This document shows, one piece after another, positions 39,697 through 49,134 of a DNA stretch of 64,000 nucleotides (position 1 is its first letter; each line of letters begins with the position of its first letter). Position numbers and translations under genes: made by a program. Where the stretch lies: IMG/VR virus record IMGVR_UViG_3300037116_000074, positions 8,376 to 72,375 of that record. One strand, written 5' to 3'. Origin of the DNA: a virus. The notes beneath the pieces are model-generated. The model was not told the DNA's origin, ran no database searches, and saw nothing but the letters and a program-made list of their open reading frames with translations.

Positions 39697-40238
39697 CCCC
39701 AGGGCCTTACATAACTGCCGTTATCGGCGCACGTAAGAGTGGGAAAACTACTGCTTGCGAAATTTTAAACAGCATGCATCCGGATTCGGAACGCATATCC
39801 ATGATGGGTTATGGTATTCGGGCCTTTGCCGATCTGCATGACATTCGACTGGAAGCATTCTGGCAAGAACGCACCAGGGAAGAGAATCGATCCTTATATA
39901 ATGTATTCAGTGAACATCAACGTAAGCAAAATCCACGGATTTTCTTGGATCCAATCTTGGCATTTATTAAATCTAAAACGCATGTCATTATTGATGATAT
40001 TTTTTATTACAATGAGTTACAAGCCCTTGTAGAATGCCGGGCACATATTCTATTATTAGAGGTTCCAGATGATACCAGACTCACTAGGGGCTGGACTAAG
40101 AGTATGAATCAACAACCGATGGAACAGGAAGTAGCCGCTATTAAAGGCGATACTATTAAACATTGGCGAAACGTGGAAATAATACAAAATACAATGGCTA
40201 TTAATGAATTTCGTTTTATTTTGAGTAATTGCAAATGA
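39693..40238 (+). CDS. P-loop kinase (dNMP/phosphomevalonate kinase-like)
   Basis: GARKSGKT, R...R, IIDD.FY.NE, R..RG. Confidence 0.75.
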   Translation: MTPGPYITAVIGARKSGKTTACEILNSMHPDSERISMMGYGIRAFADLHDIRLEAFWQERTREENRSLYNVFSEHQRKQNPRIFLDPILAFIKSKTHVIIDDIFYYNELQALVECRAHILLLEVPDDTRLTRGWTKSMNQQPMEQEVAAIKGDTIKHWRNVEIIQNTMAINEFRFILSNCK

Positions 40239-40441
40239 GTATAAGAATTAAAATTCTAACAGATCATGGGCAGGCACTTTACTTTGGTGACTATGCTACT
40301 GTGAGTAGTGCTATTCAAGCAATCAGTATTGTGGAAAATTTTCATACTTTTCGGGATCGTATGTTTGTAGAGCATAAATTAAGTACATTGGAACAAACGG
40401 TTACGCCTGAAGCGGAACGAATACAACTTTATCCATTATGA
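40235..40441 (+). CDS. hypothetical protein
   Basis: coupled ORF. Confidence 0.5.
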   Translation: MSIRIKILTDHGQALYFGDYATVSSAIQAISIVENFHTFRDRMFVEHKLSTLEQTVTPEAERIQLYPL

Positions 40442-40797
40442 AATTGCTCTTATTAACTAGCTGCATAATATTAGCAACATATTATGGAGGTGTTTCTGTG
40501 GGGCATGGTAAGCCGGGGCGCATTGGTATTAAGTATGATCCAGTGCGCCATCAAATAGTGCATGTGTATAGACATACGCCAGCTGCTGAAGCAGATTTAA
40601 AGCCGGGAGATATCATACTGCATGTGAATGCGGCCGATATTACTGGAGAAGCATTTACTTTTGTTAACTTGACGATTAAACGTAAGAATGTAATATTTAA
40701 TGTCGAAATAGAACGTATACCGAATGAGTGGGTTCATGAGCAACAAGAAGCCCCTGACACAGAAATCGACCCAAGAATCACGCCCAAAACAGCGTAA
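40438..40797 (+). CDS. PDZ-domain protein with signal/anchor
   Basis: GRIGI...HVY..TPA..A.LKPGDIIL.VN...V.LTI.R. Confidence 0.85.
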   Translation: MKLLLLTSCIILATYYGGVSVGHGKPGRIGIKYDPVRHQIVHVYRHTPAAEADLKPGDIILHVNAADITGEAFTFVNLTIKRKNVIFNVEIERIPNEWVHEQQEAPDTEIDPRITPKTA

Positions 40798-41164
40798 GAC
40801 TATTTATTTAGCCGGGCAAATGTCCGGTGTGAAAAATCATAACTATCCTAAATTCTTCAGAGGGCAGGCTAGGCTGGAGAAAGCTGGCTATGAAGTAATT
40901 AATCCAGCCAGATTAAACACCGTAGGTGATGCCTGGAGCGATTGTTTGCGGAATGACATTCTACATATTGTAAAATATTGTGACGGAATTGCCCTCCTGG
41001 ATGACTGGATGTTATCACGGGGTGCTAGATTAGAGTTAGCAATTGCATTAAGATTAGAAATGTTTGTAATTTCAGCGCACACGCTAAAACCAATGCATAT
41101 TACATTAGATAAATTGTTCTTACATCGCAAGAGGGGTGGATATGTCGCAAGATACAAAGGATAA
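40724..41164 (+). CDS. DUF4406-like nucleoside deoxyribosyltransferase-fold protein
   Basis: IYLAG.MSG...NY..F...G..V.NPA...W..S.GA.LE. Confidence 0.85.
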   Translation: MSGFMSNKKPLTQKSTQESRPKQRKTIYLAGQMSGVKNHNYPKFFRGQARLEKAGYEVINPARLNTVGDAWSDCLRNDILHIVKYCDGIALLDDWMLSRGARLELAIALRLEMFVISAHTLKPMHITLDKLFLHRKRGGYVARYKG

Positions 41165-41648
41165 GAAGCGTACAATACGACCACTGAATCAACGGTTGAA
41201 AGATGCAGCTAATCTACTAGCTGCGCCTAAATTATTTAGACCAATATTAGATAAGAATATATATGGTAATAATTCATTTGAAGATTTAGATGTACCAAAA
41301 GTTCATATCACTATCACTCCCGATCCGAACTATGATACCGGTGCAAAGAAAAACGATTCCGGTAAACTCCCTATTGATCTCATACCAGTACGCCCCTTAT
41401 TGGATTTAGCAGCTGTTTTACAACACGGGCAAATTAAATATGATGCCAACAACTGGCGTAATGGGTTTTTGTTTAGCCGTACCTATGCAGCAGCACAACG
41501 ACATCTCCTAGCTTGGCATAGTGGTGAGGATAACGATTCTGATTCGGGGCTTAGTCATTTAATGCATGCAGCTTGTAATTTATTTTTTCTTTCAGAATTT
41601 ATGACAACACATAAGGAATTAGATGACAGGGTAAAACAAAATGACTAA
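41142..41648 (+). CDS. dATP/dGTP diphosphohydrolase (DUF5664-like)
   Basis: K.D.GK...DL.P...VL..G..KY...NW..G...RH...W..GED.D..SGL.HL.HAAC. Confidence 0.9.
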   Translation: MSQDTKDKKRTIRPLNQRLKDAANLLAAPKLFRPILDKNIYGNNSFEDLDVPKVHITITPDPNYDTGAKKNDSGKLPIDLIPVRPLLDLAAVLQHGQIKYDANNWRNGFLFSRTYAAAQRHLLAWHSGEDNDSDSGLSHLMHAACNLFFLSEFMTTHKELDDRVKQND

Positions 41649-41829
41649 AAATGAATTGAAATTAATCAAGAAAACTACATTAGTAGCGGCAATTGAATTG
41701 GTATGCCTTCACTTTCATGGACAAGGTGCTACTGAAGCTGAGCAGGCTGATTATTGGATTCGAAAAGCAATTATAGGTAAGAAAGGAATAGAAATTAATG
41801 CCGAAGAAACACAACCAGTATCTGAATAA
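41641..41829 (+). CDS. hypothetical protein
   Basis: coupled ORF. Confidence 0.5.
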   Translation: MTKNELKLIKKTTLVAAIELVCLHFHGQGATEAEQADYWIRKAIIGKKGIEINAEETQPVSE

Positions 41830-42316
41830 ACTCCTATTACTGATAACTCTGTTCGTAATTTGCGTACCATCATACGCAGAGTGCGTAACTATCCAGCGCG
41901 TCATAGATGGCGATACTGTTGTCACCGAAGCTGGCGAACATGTACGCTTAGCGGAGATAGACGCTCCAGAGCATAATCAACGATTCGGGTATGAGTCCAC
42001 ACAATATCTTATTCATCTATTGGCAGTAACGGATAATGTTGTAGAACTAGATCGTGGCGATCACGATCGCTATGGACGAACTATTGGATTTTTGAATAGT
42101 AAGACTATAGGTTGCTTAAATTCTTTAATGGTTATGGATGGATACGCCTGGGTATATGTGAAATATGCTCACGATGCCGGTGTTTGGTATAGAGCAGAGA
42201 ATCAGGCTAAATTTAATCATCTGGGGTTATGGATCGATAGAAATCCAGTGCCACCTTGGACGTTTAGGTTAATGGAGAAGCAACACTCTCCCATGCTGTA
42301 TAGGATAAGACAATGA
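41798..42316 (+). CDS. thermonuclease (SNase) with signal peptide
   Basis: VIDGDT, VRL..IDAPE..Q.FG, DRYGR, GYAW, GLW......PW.FR. Confidence 0.93.
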   Translation: MPKKHNQYLNKLLLLITLFVICVPSYAECVTIQRVIDGDTVVTEAGEHVRLAEIDAPEHNQRFGYESTQYLIHLLAVTDNVVELDRGDHDRYGRTIGFLNSKTIGCLNSLMVMDGYAWVYVKYAHDAGVWYRAENQAKFNHLGLWIDRNPVPPWTFRLMEKQHSPMLYRIRQ

Positions 42317-42495
42317 ATAGGCTTGAAAAACAAGAACGATTATTCGCTATTACACAGCTAGCTAAAGCTATCTTCATAGAGAAAGCAAAACAAATTAGCT
42401 TTACGCAAGATGTGGATGTAAGCTTAATGGTAGCAGAATGTTTTATAGCGGCGGAGCAATTTCTAGATGGGCAAGAGGCTTATGCTAAAAAATAA
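42313..42495 (+). CDS. hypothetical protein
   Basis: coupled ORF. Confidence 0.5.
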   Translation: MNRLEKQERLFAITQLAKAIFIEKAKQISFTQDVDVSLMVAECFIAAEQFLDGQEAYAKK

Positions 42496-42931
42496 TAAAT
42501 TATTAGTTCTTTTATTCCTAGTAACTTTTATGTTACCAGCGACTGCCAGGCCGGCTATGCAAATATTCTATGGTGCCAAGGTGATGCATATCTGTAATGC
42601 CAATACCATTATTGTGAATGATTTATACACGCATGAATTAGAGACAGTAATTATAGCCGGTACAATAGCACCGACTAATTTTAATCAGGATGATAATGGG
42701 AAGCGATACCTTACTACTATGATACTGGGGCAAGAAGTAGATGTCTTGTCGTATGGGCACGACAAGTATGGTCGTGTTGTCGCAGATTTGAAAGATCATC
42801 GAAATTTATGGATATCATACGATTTGATTGCAGGTGGGTTCGTATATTGGAATAGAAGTCTAGGGTATGACTATACAGCAGAGCACTGTGAGAACTTTGC
42901 TAGGAAGCATCATAGTGGGGTGTGGAGGTAG
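42482..42931 (+). CDS. degenerate thermonuclease paralog with signal peptide
   Basis: DKYGR and AR....GVW kept; DGDT is NANT, VRL/DAPE are VII/IAPT. Confidence 0.8.
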   Translation: MLKNNKLLVLLFLVTFMLPATARPAMQIFYGAKVMHICNANTIIVNDLYTHELETVIIAGTIAPTNFNQDDNGKRYLTTMILGQEVDVLSYGHDKYGRVVADLKDHRNLWISYDLIAGGFVYWNRSLGYDYTAEHCENFARKHHSGVWR

Positions 42932-43449
42932 ATATGCGTAATATCAATACATGCACATCCACAAATAATATCGCCAGAGCTGCTATTGATGATGGAAGAA
43001 CGATAGATCTCATTGTAGCTCAGAAGCAAACGCATGCTTATGGTCGTAATCAGGATACTAAGTGGTATTCACCAGCAGGTGCTGGTATCTATATGTCAAT
43101 CATAGTGCGGGAACCTAAGGGATACTTAGTTACGGAAGACTGGTTTATCACAGAACGTATCGGGCATGCGCTGAAATGGAGTTTACGGACATTAACGCGA
43201 TTGAATATCGAACAACGCGGAGTGAATGATCTATTTGTAGATAATCGTAAAGTCGGTGGGGTACTATGTGAGATACATAAGGGATATCTAATTATAGGAA
43301 TTGGTATTAATTTGTTCAGACCGAAGCGTGTTCCAGCGCCATATAACAAAACGGCTATCTGGTTGGATGAATTATTGCGGGCTGATGCAATCAGTGTGAA
43401 ATATTACATAGATTCAATATTAAATGAAGTCGTGAGGCTGGTAGTATAA
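42922..43449 (+). CDS. birA: minimal biotin-protein ligase (BirA/BPL catalytic domain), divergent motifs
   Basis: STN, A..QT...GR....W.SP, G.YMS, ND....RK.GG.LCE, IGIGIN; no HTH and no C-terminal domain. Confidence 0.88.
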   Translation: MEVDMRNINTCTSTNNIARAAIDDGRTIDLIVAQKQTHAYGRNQDTKWYSPAGAGIYMSIIVREPKGYLVTEDWFITERIGHALKWSLRTLTRLNIEQRGVNDLFVDNRKVGGVLCEIHKGYLIIGIGINLFRPKRVPAPYNKTAIWLDELLRADAISVKYYIDSILNEVVRLVV

Positions 43450-43450
43450 G

Positions 43451-43705
43451 ATGCCGTACATCGAAAAACTAATGCGCAATGCAATTTTGCATCACACACT
43501 AGATGAGCTATGTGATGAAACGTGGACGGATGGAGAAATCAATTATATGATTTCTATTTTACTGAAACGACAATTTTTTAATAACAAATGCTATGCAACT
43601 GCTAACAAATTAATTGGAGCAGTGGAATGTGCTAAACAAGAGTTTATTCGGCGATACTTGAATGCAATGGAGGATGAAAAGATAATCCAGAATGGCGACA
43701 TCTAA
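43451..43705 (+). CDS. conserved phage protein (DUF6899-like)
   Basis: MPYI...G..NY...G..ECAK.E..RR....ED.K...NGD. Confidence 0.75.
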   Translation: MPYIEKLMRNAILHHTLDELCDETWTDGEINYMISILLKRQFFNNKCYATANKLIGAVECAKQEFIRRYLNAMEDEKIIQNGDI

Positions 43706-43780
43706 TTGCTTATATTGTCAACTTTGTAAGAATTGTCATTTTGAAGAATATGATTTTAATCGTAGGAGGGATATCTAATC

Positions 43781-43939
43781 ATGGAAAATTGTACAAAATT
43801 TGCTGTTTGCTGGAATGATTATAGTAAAGTAGATCCTAATCAACGCGAATACTTCGAAACTATTGAAGATGCTATAGAATTTATAGCCAATGCTCCGGAA
43901 GATCTCCAGAAGTTCATGGTTATTAGGGAGTGCTATTAA
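43781..43939 (+). CDS. small hypothetical protein (52 aa, not in ORF track)
   Basis: AGGAGG RBS; MENCTKFAVCW...IRECY*. Confidence 0.6.
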   Translation: MENCTKFAVCWNDYSKVDPNQREYFETIEDAIEFIANAPEDLQKFMVIRECY

Positions 43940-44523
43940 TGCGTGGTCGGCCGCTAAAAGTAATTGAATATCCCTTGAAGGAGTGTTTGGACTGTCATTA
44001 CCGCAAGCCTTTGGATGATTTTGTTTGCTCCAGGTATAAATACGAAACGGTTTGTCGAATATACTACAGTTCGTTTTGTAGACATTGTGGCCGCTTGCGC
44101 CATGCAGAGACAATTCGAACACCTGAATCCATCACTAGGTTTCGAAAAAACTACAGAGCCAAGCAGAAGGCTAGAAATGGATGTTATACATGTGGAGTTA
44201 AGTTAGCCCAAACCCCGCCCAATCTATGTGTTGGGTGTTATGTATCTGCGTGGATGTATAAGAATAAGCATTATATGAGGGTGCAGTATAAGGCAGTTCA
44301 GACGGTTCAAGCTAGTTTGACAGACCTGTTGTCATTACCTGGATCTCATAAGTACCCGGAATACAGGTTGATGCTGAAAATCCCGCCTTCTGTTAAGTTG
44401 AATTTAATATTAACAGCTAATGATTTCTTCTGGACAGATAAGCGTCCAAAGCATAGAATACTTAATTATGATAAAGCCACATGGGCACAGCGGTTTAAGA
44501 AAAAGGAATTGGTGTTATGTTAG
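43939..44523 (+). CDS. CxxC-rich protein related to the HNH paralogs, nuclease core apparently degenerate
   Basis: four CxxC in the same arrangement; no DH/N catalytic motif. Confidence 0.55.
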   Translation: MRGRPLKVIEYPLKECLDCHYRKPLDDFVCSRYKYETVCRIYYSSFCRHCGRLRHAETIRTPESITRFRKNYRAKQKARNGCYTCGVKLAQTPPNLCVGCYVSAWMYKNKHYMRVQYKAVQTVQASLTDLLSLPGSHKYPEYRLMLKIPPSVKLNLILTANDFFWTDKRPKHRILNYDKATWAQRFKKKELVLC

Positions 44524-45233
44524 AAGAAGATCCGTATACAGTTGTGTGGACAAAGAAAGAGCTTATCGATAACTTGAATAAGATTGCCAAGCAGTATGGG
44601 TTCGATGATTACGTAGGTTTGCAAGGCTATATTCATAATCTGAAGTCATTAGATTGTTTAAAAGCGCCACTATTATTAACGGCTGAAAGTTGTTTTCACT
44701 TATTAGGTGAACAATGCTAAGAGTCACAGTAGAACTATTTCCCCACGGACAAGTTAAGCGCGGCATAATACTCAGTCAGGTGTTTATTACAAATGATGGT
44801 AGTGGTACACCGAAGCTGGGTAATTATCATGTGACGGATAGTGTTCATAGTATTGGAGTGGCGGGACATGCTAGGGCGAAGAATGTCTTATCATTGGTGG
44901 GTAAGGCTTTGATGAAGTTAGCAAGAACAAAGGTGGCTGTATATGAATCATAGTCCGGAGCCGTGGTCTATCGGTGGGGAGTGTTGGGTTATGCCTGATG
45001 GGGTTGATCTGAATAATAATATTTCAGGTGATGATGGATTATCGGTTTGTAGGGATATATTGCAACCCAATGCTGAGCGTATCGTGGCTTGTGTAAATGC
45101 CTGTCGGGGCATACCAACAAAGCATTTGGAGGAAGTAATTTGGACTGGCAAAAGACAATATGCGGATGAGTATCAACGTGCGGTTCGATTTGGGCTTAAG
45201 TATGACCCCTTTCCTGAAGAGCAGGGAGAATGA
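44517..45233 (+). other. three small hypothetical phage genes (44517-44720, 44714-44953, 44943-45233)
   Basis: overlapping coupled ORFs; the last has the HSPEPW...NAERIVACVNAC motif common in phages. Confidence 0.6.
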
Positions 45234-45239
45234 ACTGGT

Positions 45240-46500
45240 GACATTTTGTAACCAACTGGCTTGTCGGGGAAAGTGTCGGGATTAGATGGGACCCGAAACG
45301 TAATCAGGAGTTCGGTTTCGAAGTTTTTTGAAAATTTTACTATGACCACCCTAAACGGATTTCGATTTTCCAAATAAAAGTTTTTTCAAAAATAAGGGAC
45401 CCGAACGTTGTTCTGGGACCCCCTCCCACCTGTGAGAAGCTGCATATAAGTGACCTACCCCCCCCCTCCCCGTACCCCTAACCCGCACTGCGCCAGGCTA
45501 TCAGCTCACCATACACCACATATGGTGGCATACATACGCATACCATACAGCACACATATGTATACATAGCTATATATAACTGTGTTAAGACACAGCACAC
45601 AGCGTTACCTATACAGTAACGTTACATGCTGTCACTTAACTACTACTATGTGTACATATGTGACGTACAATGCTTAATAACTGTTGGCTATGCAGTGGTG
45701 CATGAGATGATAATCATATACACACGGGGACAATACAATGATTAACTTACTACTATCTATATTAAGCAGGCTATTATACAAGCCCGCATGCAAGCAAGGG
45801 GTATGCTCTACCACATGGCGACCTATTGAACCCACGCTTAAACGCTAATCACCCACGCTTAAACGCTGATTACCAAGTGGTCATGCTGGCAGGGATGCTA
45901 GAGTGCGGGGCAGTACCGCAAGCAGCGAACATATAAAATGTAACGTTATTGCCGGATATCTATCAAGATATCTGGCATATGCGTTACATAAGAGGGCACT
46001 TGTACATATTGGTTGTCAAGTGCTGTACAAAGTGGGTAGGTTTGTATCAATTAAGGTAAACTATGCCACTTGACAAGTGTGCGTATTGTCGACAATATGA
46101 ATGAAATATGCCTTATTGAGAATAGGTCTTATTGAGAATAACTTATGCGAAAAAGGGGCAAAAAGGGGCTGCACAAAGATCCGCACAAATAATGCGCACA
46201 GTAGTATATAAGTGACATATTAAAGCGCGAAAGCGCCACGGGCTGGCAAAGTAGAAAGAATTAGGGTAAATGTAGAGTAGTGGAATAAGTGAGAATGTGC
46301 GGATCTTTGGGTATATTAGTGTTTATATTACATTAAGTCTCTTTTTTCTTTACATAGTACTATAGTAATAATGCGCACAATGCGCACATTAATGCTGGCA
46401 ACAGTACATATATGGGCAATACAAGAATGTGCGCATTATTTAAAGTACTGCACAATAGCGCACAAAGGGCTTAAACGTAATTAAATTGATTAAATTCATT
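45240..46500. repeat. 1.25 kb non-coding repeat-rich region: candidate genome terminus and/or replication origin
   Basis: GGGACCC x3 (45288, 45396, 45415); C-tract 45458-45478; 17-mer tandem (45830, 45851); 13-mer tandem (46112, 46128); about 10 GCACA units in both orientations. Confidence 0.65.
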
Positions 46501-46519
46501 TATTAAGTATAATTTTCAT

Positions 46520-46975
46520 ATGAATACTTCAATTCAGTTAAAACTATTACCCATAGCTTATCTATTAACCCTAATATCATTACCTATAAGTTATGCTGCT
46601 CCGATATCTGGCTATGTATCTAATGATCCCGCGCTGTGTAAACAAATAGCAGTACCAGATAAGCGATGTCCTATTAAGACAGGTAAGTTATCAGTCACTC
46701 AGATAAGGGGCTTCATTGGCATACGTTACGAATATGCGACAGGTAGAATAACTTACGAATATCCCGAAACAGATCTACGTCACTTTGATATTCATGTTGG
46801 TGACTATATTGTTAAAATTGAAAAGGAATTATATCAGCCATGTCGCATGACAAATATCGTTCTCTATCCTGCCGGTTTTATACTTTCATTAACAATTCGA
46901 ACTAAAGAAGGGAAAATCAGAACTATTCCCGTGAAATTAATACCTATGAGTAATTTTAAGCAGGATGACTCATGA
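46520..46975 (+). CDS. PDZ-like protein with signal peptide
   Basis: ISYA|AP; GFIGIRY....I...YP.TD.....IHVGD.IV.I....L.LTIR. Confidence 0.7.
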   Translation: MNTSIQLKLLPIAYLLTLISLPISYAAPISGYVSNDPALCKQIAVPDKRCPIKTGKLSVTQIRGFIGIRYEYATGRITYEYPETDLRHFDIHVGDYIVKIEKELYQPCRMTNIVLYPAGFILSLTIRTKEGKIRTIPVKLIPMSNFKQDDS

Positions 46976-47435
46976 ATAACATAATAGAACATCTTCCCAG
47001 CCCTTGTATTCAATTTAAACAGTATTAGGTAGACCTCTATCAAGCAGTCAATCATATCGTGCCTTTAACGGGCAGTTAGCTCACCTATGCGTAATTACGC
47101 ATAACCCATTAATACTTACGCATAATCATTAAGTTATAAGCTATCAATCATTAATATTGCTTGCAATGTAGACTTGGATACTACATAGTGGATATACGTC
47201 ACTAAGGAGTAGACAACATGAAAACAAAAGCAATCGCCGTATTAGGCAGACCTACTAATGTCAGCGTAATAGCTAGACAAGAAATGTATGAACATAAGCA
47301 GCACATAAAGGGCTTGGAAAATAGAATTGAAGTTCTAACAATGCACATGAGAGATAACGATAAGCTAATAACACTAGCCGATAACTATAGATCTAGAACC
47401 ATTGGATAATCAATTGATGACAACTAATAATGCCT

Positions 47436-47468
47436 AGGGCAGTGATGTAATGTTACTGCCCTTATTAT
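47436..47468 (+). terminator. hairpin/terminator after 47218 gene
   Basis: AGGGCAGTGA/TTACTGCCCT stem followed by TATTAT. Confidence 0.55.
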
Positions 47469-47505
47469 TACGATATGTAAACAGATTATTAACTAATCAC
47501 CATGT

Positions 47506-47529
47506 AAGCATAGCCGCTTGATATAACAG
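47506..47529 (+). promoter_or_regulatory. repeated putative promoter AAGCA-N7-TTGATATAACAG, copy 1
   Basis: same motif at 49111-49134; both intergenic, upstream of an RBS. Confidence 0.6.
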
Positions 47530-48317
47530 AAGTATCGAAGCAATGAGGTGCAACAAACATGAAAGACTTAAGCTTACAAGCAATTTTAGACCGATACTTA
47601 CTACAAATAGAATCAAACTGGTTAATCAGTAAAGCAGGCATATAATGCTATCAACAGGACTACAACAAAGCGGCAAGCAAGGTTATATTAACCTAGTTGA
47701 ACAATTAGAGACTGCAAAATTAGCATTAGATAATGCCGCTAGTATTGTCTACACATCTGATTCTCAATTTATATTCGATAAATACCATACTGTATTACAT
47801 AATTTAGCTTGCGACGTCGCTAGTATTAGCGGCGCAATGGATAGATTAGGCTATCGGTCTGATACCGATATTACTCATATAGCCATTGGCGGTATGGATC
47901 GTAGTACATGGGAACACCTACGCAAATAAGAGGTTATTAACATGCTCACACATGAATACATTAAACAAGAGTTCGAACAAGTTCAAAGCCTAGGCTGTAA
48001 TCCAGAACGCGAATTATATTTAGATTTTTTTAAAGCAGTCAGCACTAAGCAGGATGACTTAGCCAATACATTAGGCGCTCTATTGAAAGTGCAACAATTA
48101 CTATGCTTAGATGAATATGTTATAAGGAGTTAAGAATATGAAAACAATTTGCCTACTCAAAGCAAACAACCATTGGATTACTATAAAAGAATTATTAGGT
48201 ACATATCTAATATTCTTGAATGATCAACAGTTTGATATGCCCTTCATAGACCGTATGGATGCTTTTATAAGTGCCACTAGATTACAGAAAATACTATTAA
48301 GAAAATAAGAGGATATT

Positions 48318-48713
48318 ATGTTGGTTAGAATTATTGCTCTATTGATTATCTTCAGTTTAGTTCATCTACCAGCGCTAGCGGATTTTATTACTACCGCTAA
48401 TCCAAAATGGATTGGTGTTAGTGTAAGAATATCATCAGATGCATGTAATGGTCATAATGATACCATAGCGGTCAAAACGATAGATTCGTTCACTGAGATT
48501 CTTATGGCTAGTCAATGCCATGATGATAATCATGTAAAACAATTATTTGCGCAAGGTCACGCTATGCTATTAGCCCCTAATACACTAGGTATTGTGGAAG
48601 GCGTACAGGGTAGTTGCTATTATGTTTATATTGGTACTGGACAATGGGCACATCAATATGTATGGATTCTGGATAATGGTCATCCCCTGCACACATTTAA
48701 AATATATCAATAA
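48318..48713 (+). CDS. secreted hypothetical protein
   Basis: MLVRIIALLIIFSLVHLPALA|D signal peptide. Confidence 0.65.
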   Translation: MLVRIIALLIIFSLVHLPALADFITTANPKWIGVSVRISSDACNGHNDTIAVKTIDSFTEILMASQCHDDNHVKQLFAQGHAMLLAPNTLGIVEGVQGSCYYVYIGTGQWAHQYVWILDNGHPLHTFKIYQ

Positions 48714-49110
48714 GGAGTACTCATGCTAGCCGATAGTTACTTACATCCAGATCAACGACGACGCGACAGAGAAGCCGCTAGTCAACAACCAGTTAATCGC
48801 GCCGTTTATCTAGGCAATGATCAAACGGGTATGTCAGCGCATTACAATAATGTTGCCGTCAATACATTCGATGAATTGAAGCCTGTTATCCACCGCAATA
48901 CTACCTGGCACACATTACCAGCATTGCAAGCGTTAAGACCTAATGGCCCTAGAATGAGCGATCTTGTACGTAGTGATAAACGCGCCAACTTTTGGGAAGC
49001 ATATAAAGACTTACGCTATGCGGGCTTATCGCGCAGAAAAACGTTATTGTATATCTTAGAACATGGGACTAGTGAATAATGATTTACAAAACTATATTAA
49101 TACACACATA

Positions 49111-49134
49111 AAGCAATGCACTTTGATATAACAG
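49111..49134 (+). promoter_or_regulatory. repeated putative promoter, copy 2
   Basis: AAGCA-N7-TTGATATAACAG. Confidence 0.6.

Noticed and set aside
45826-46170. CRISPR mini-array
   Set aside because: Repeats occur only twice with 0-4 nt spacers; no cas operon
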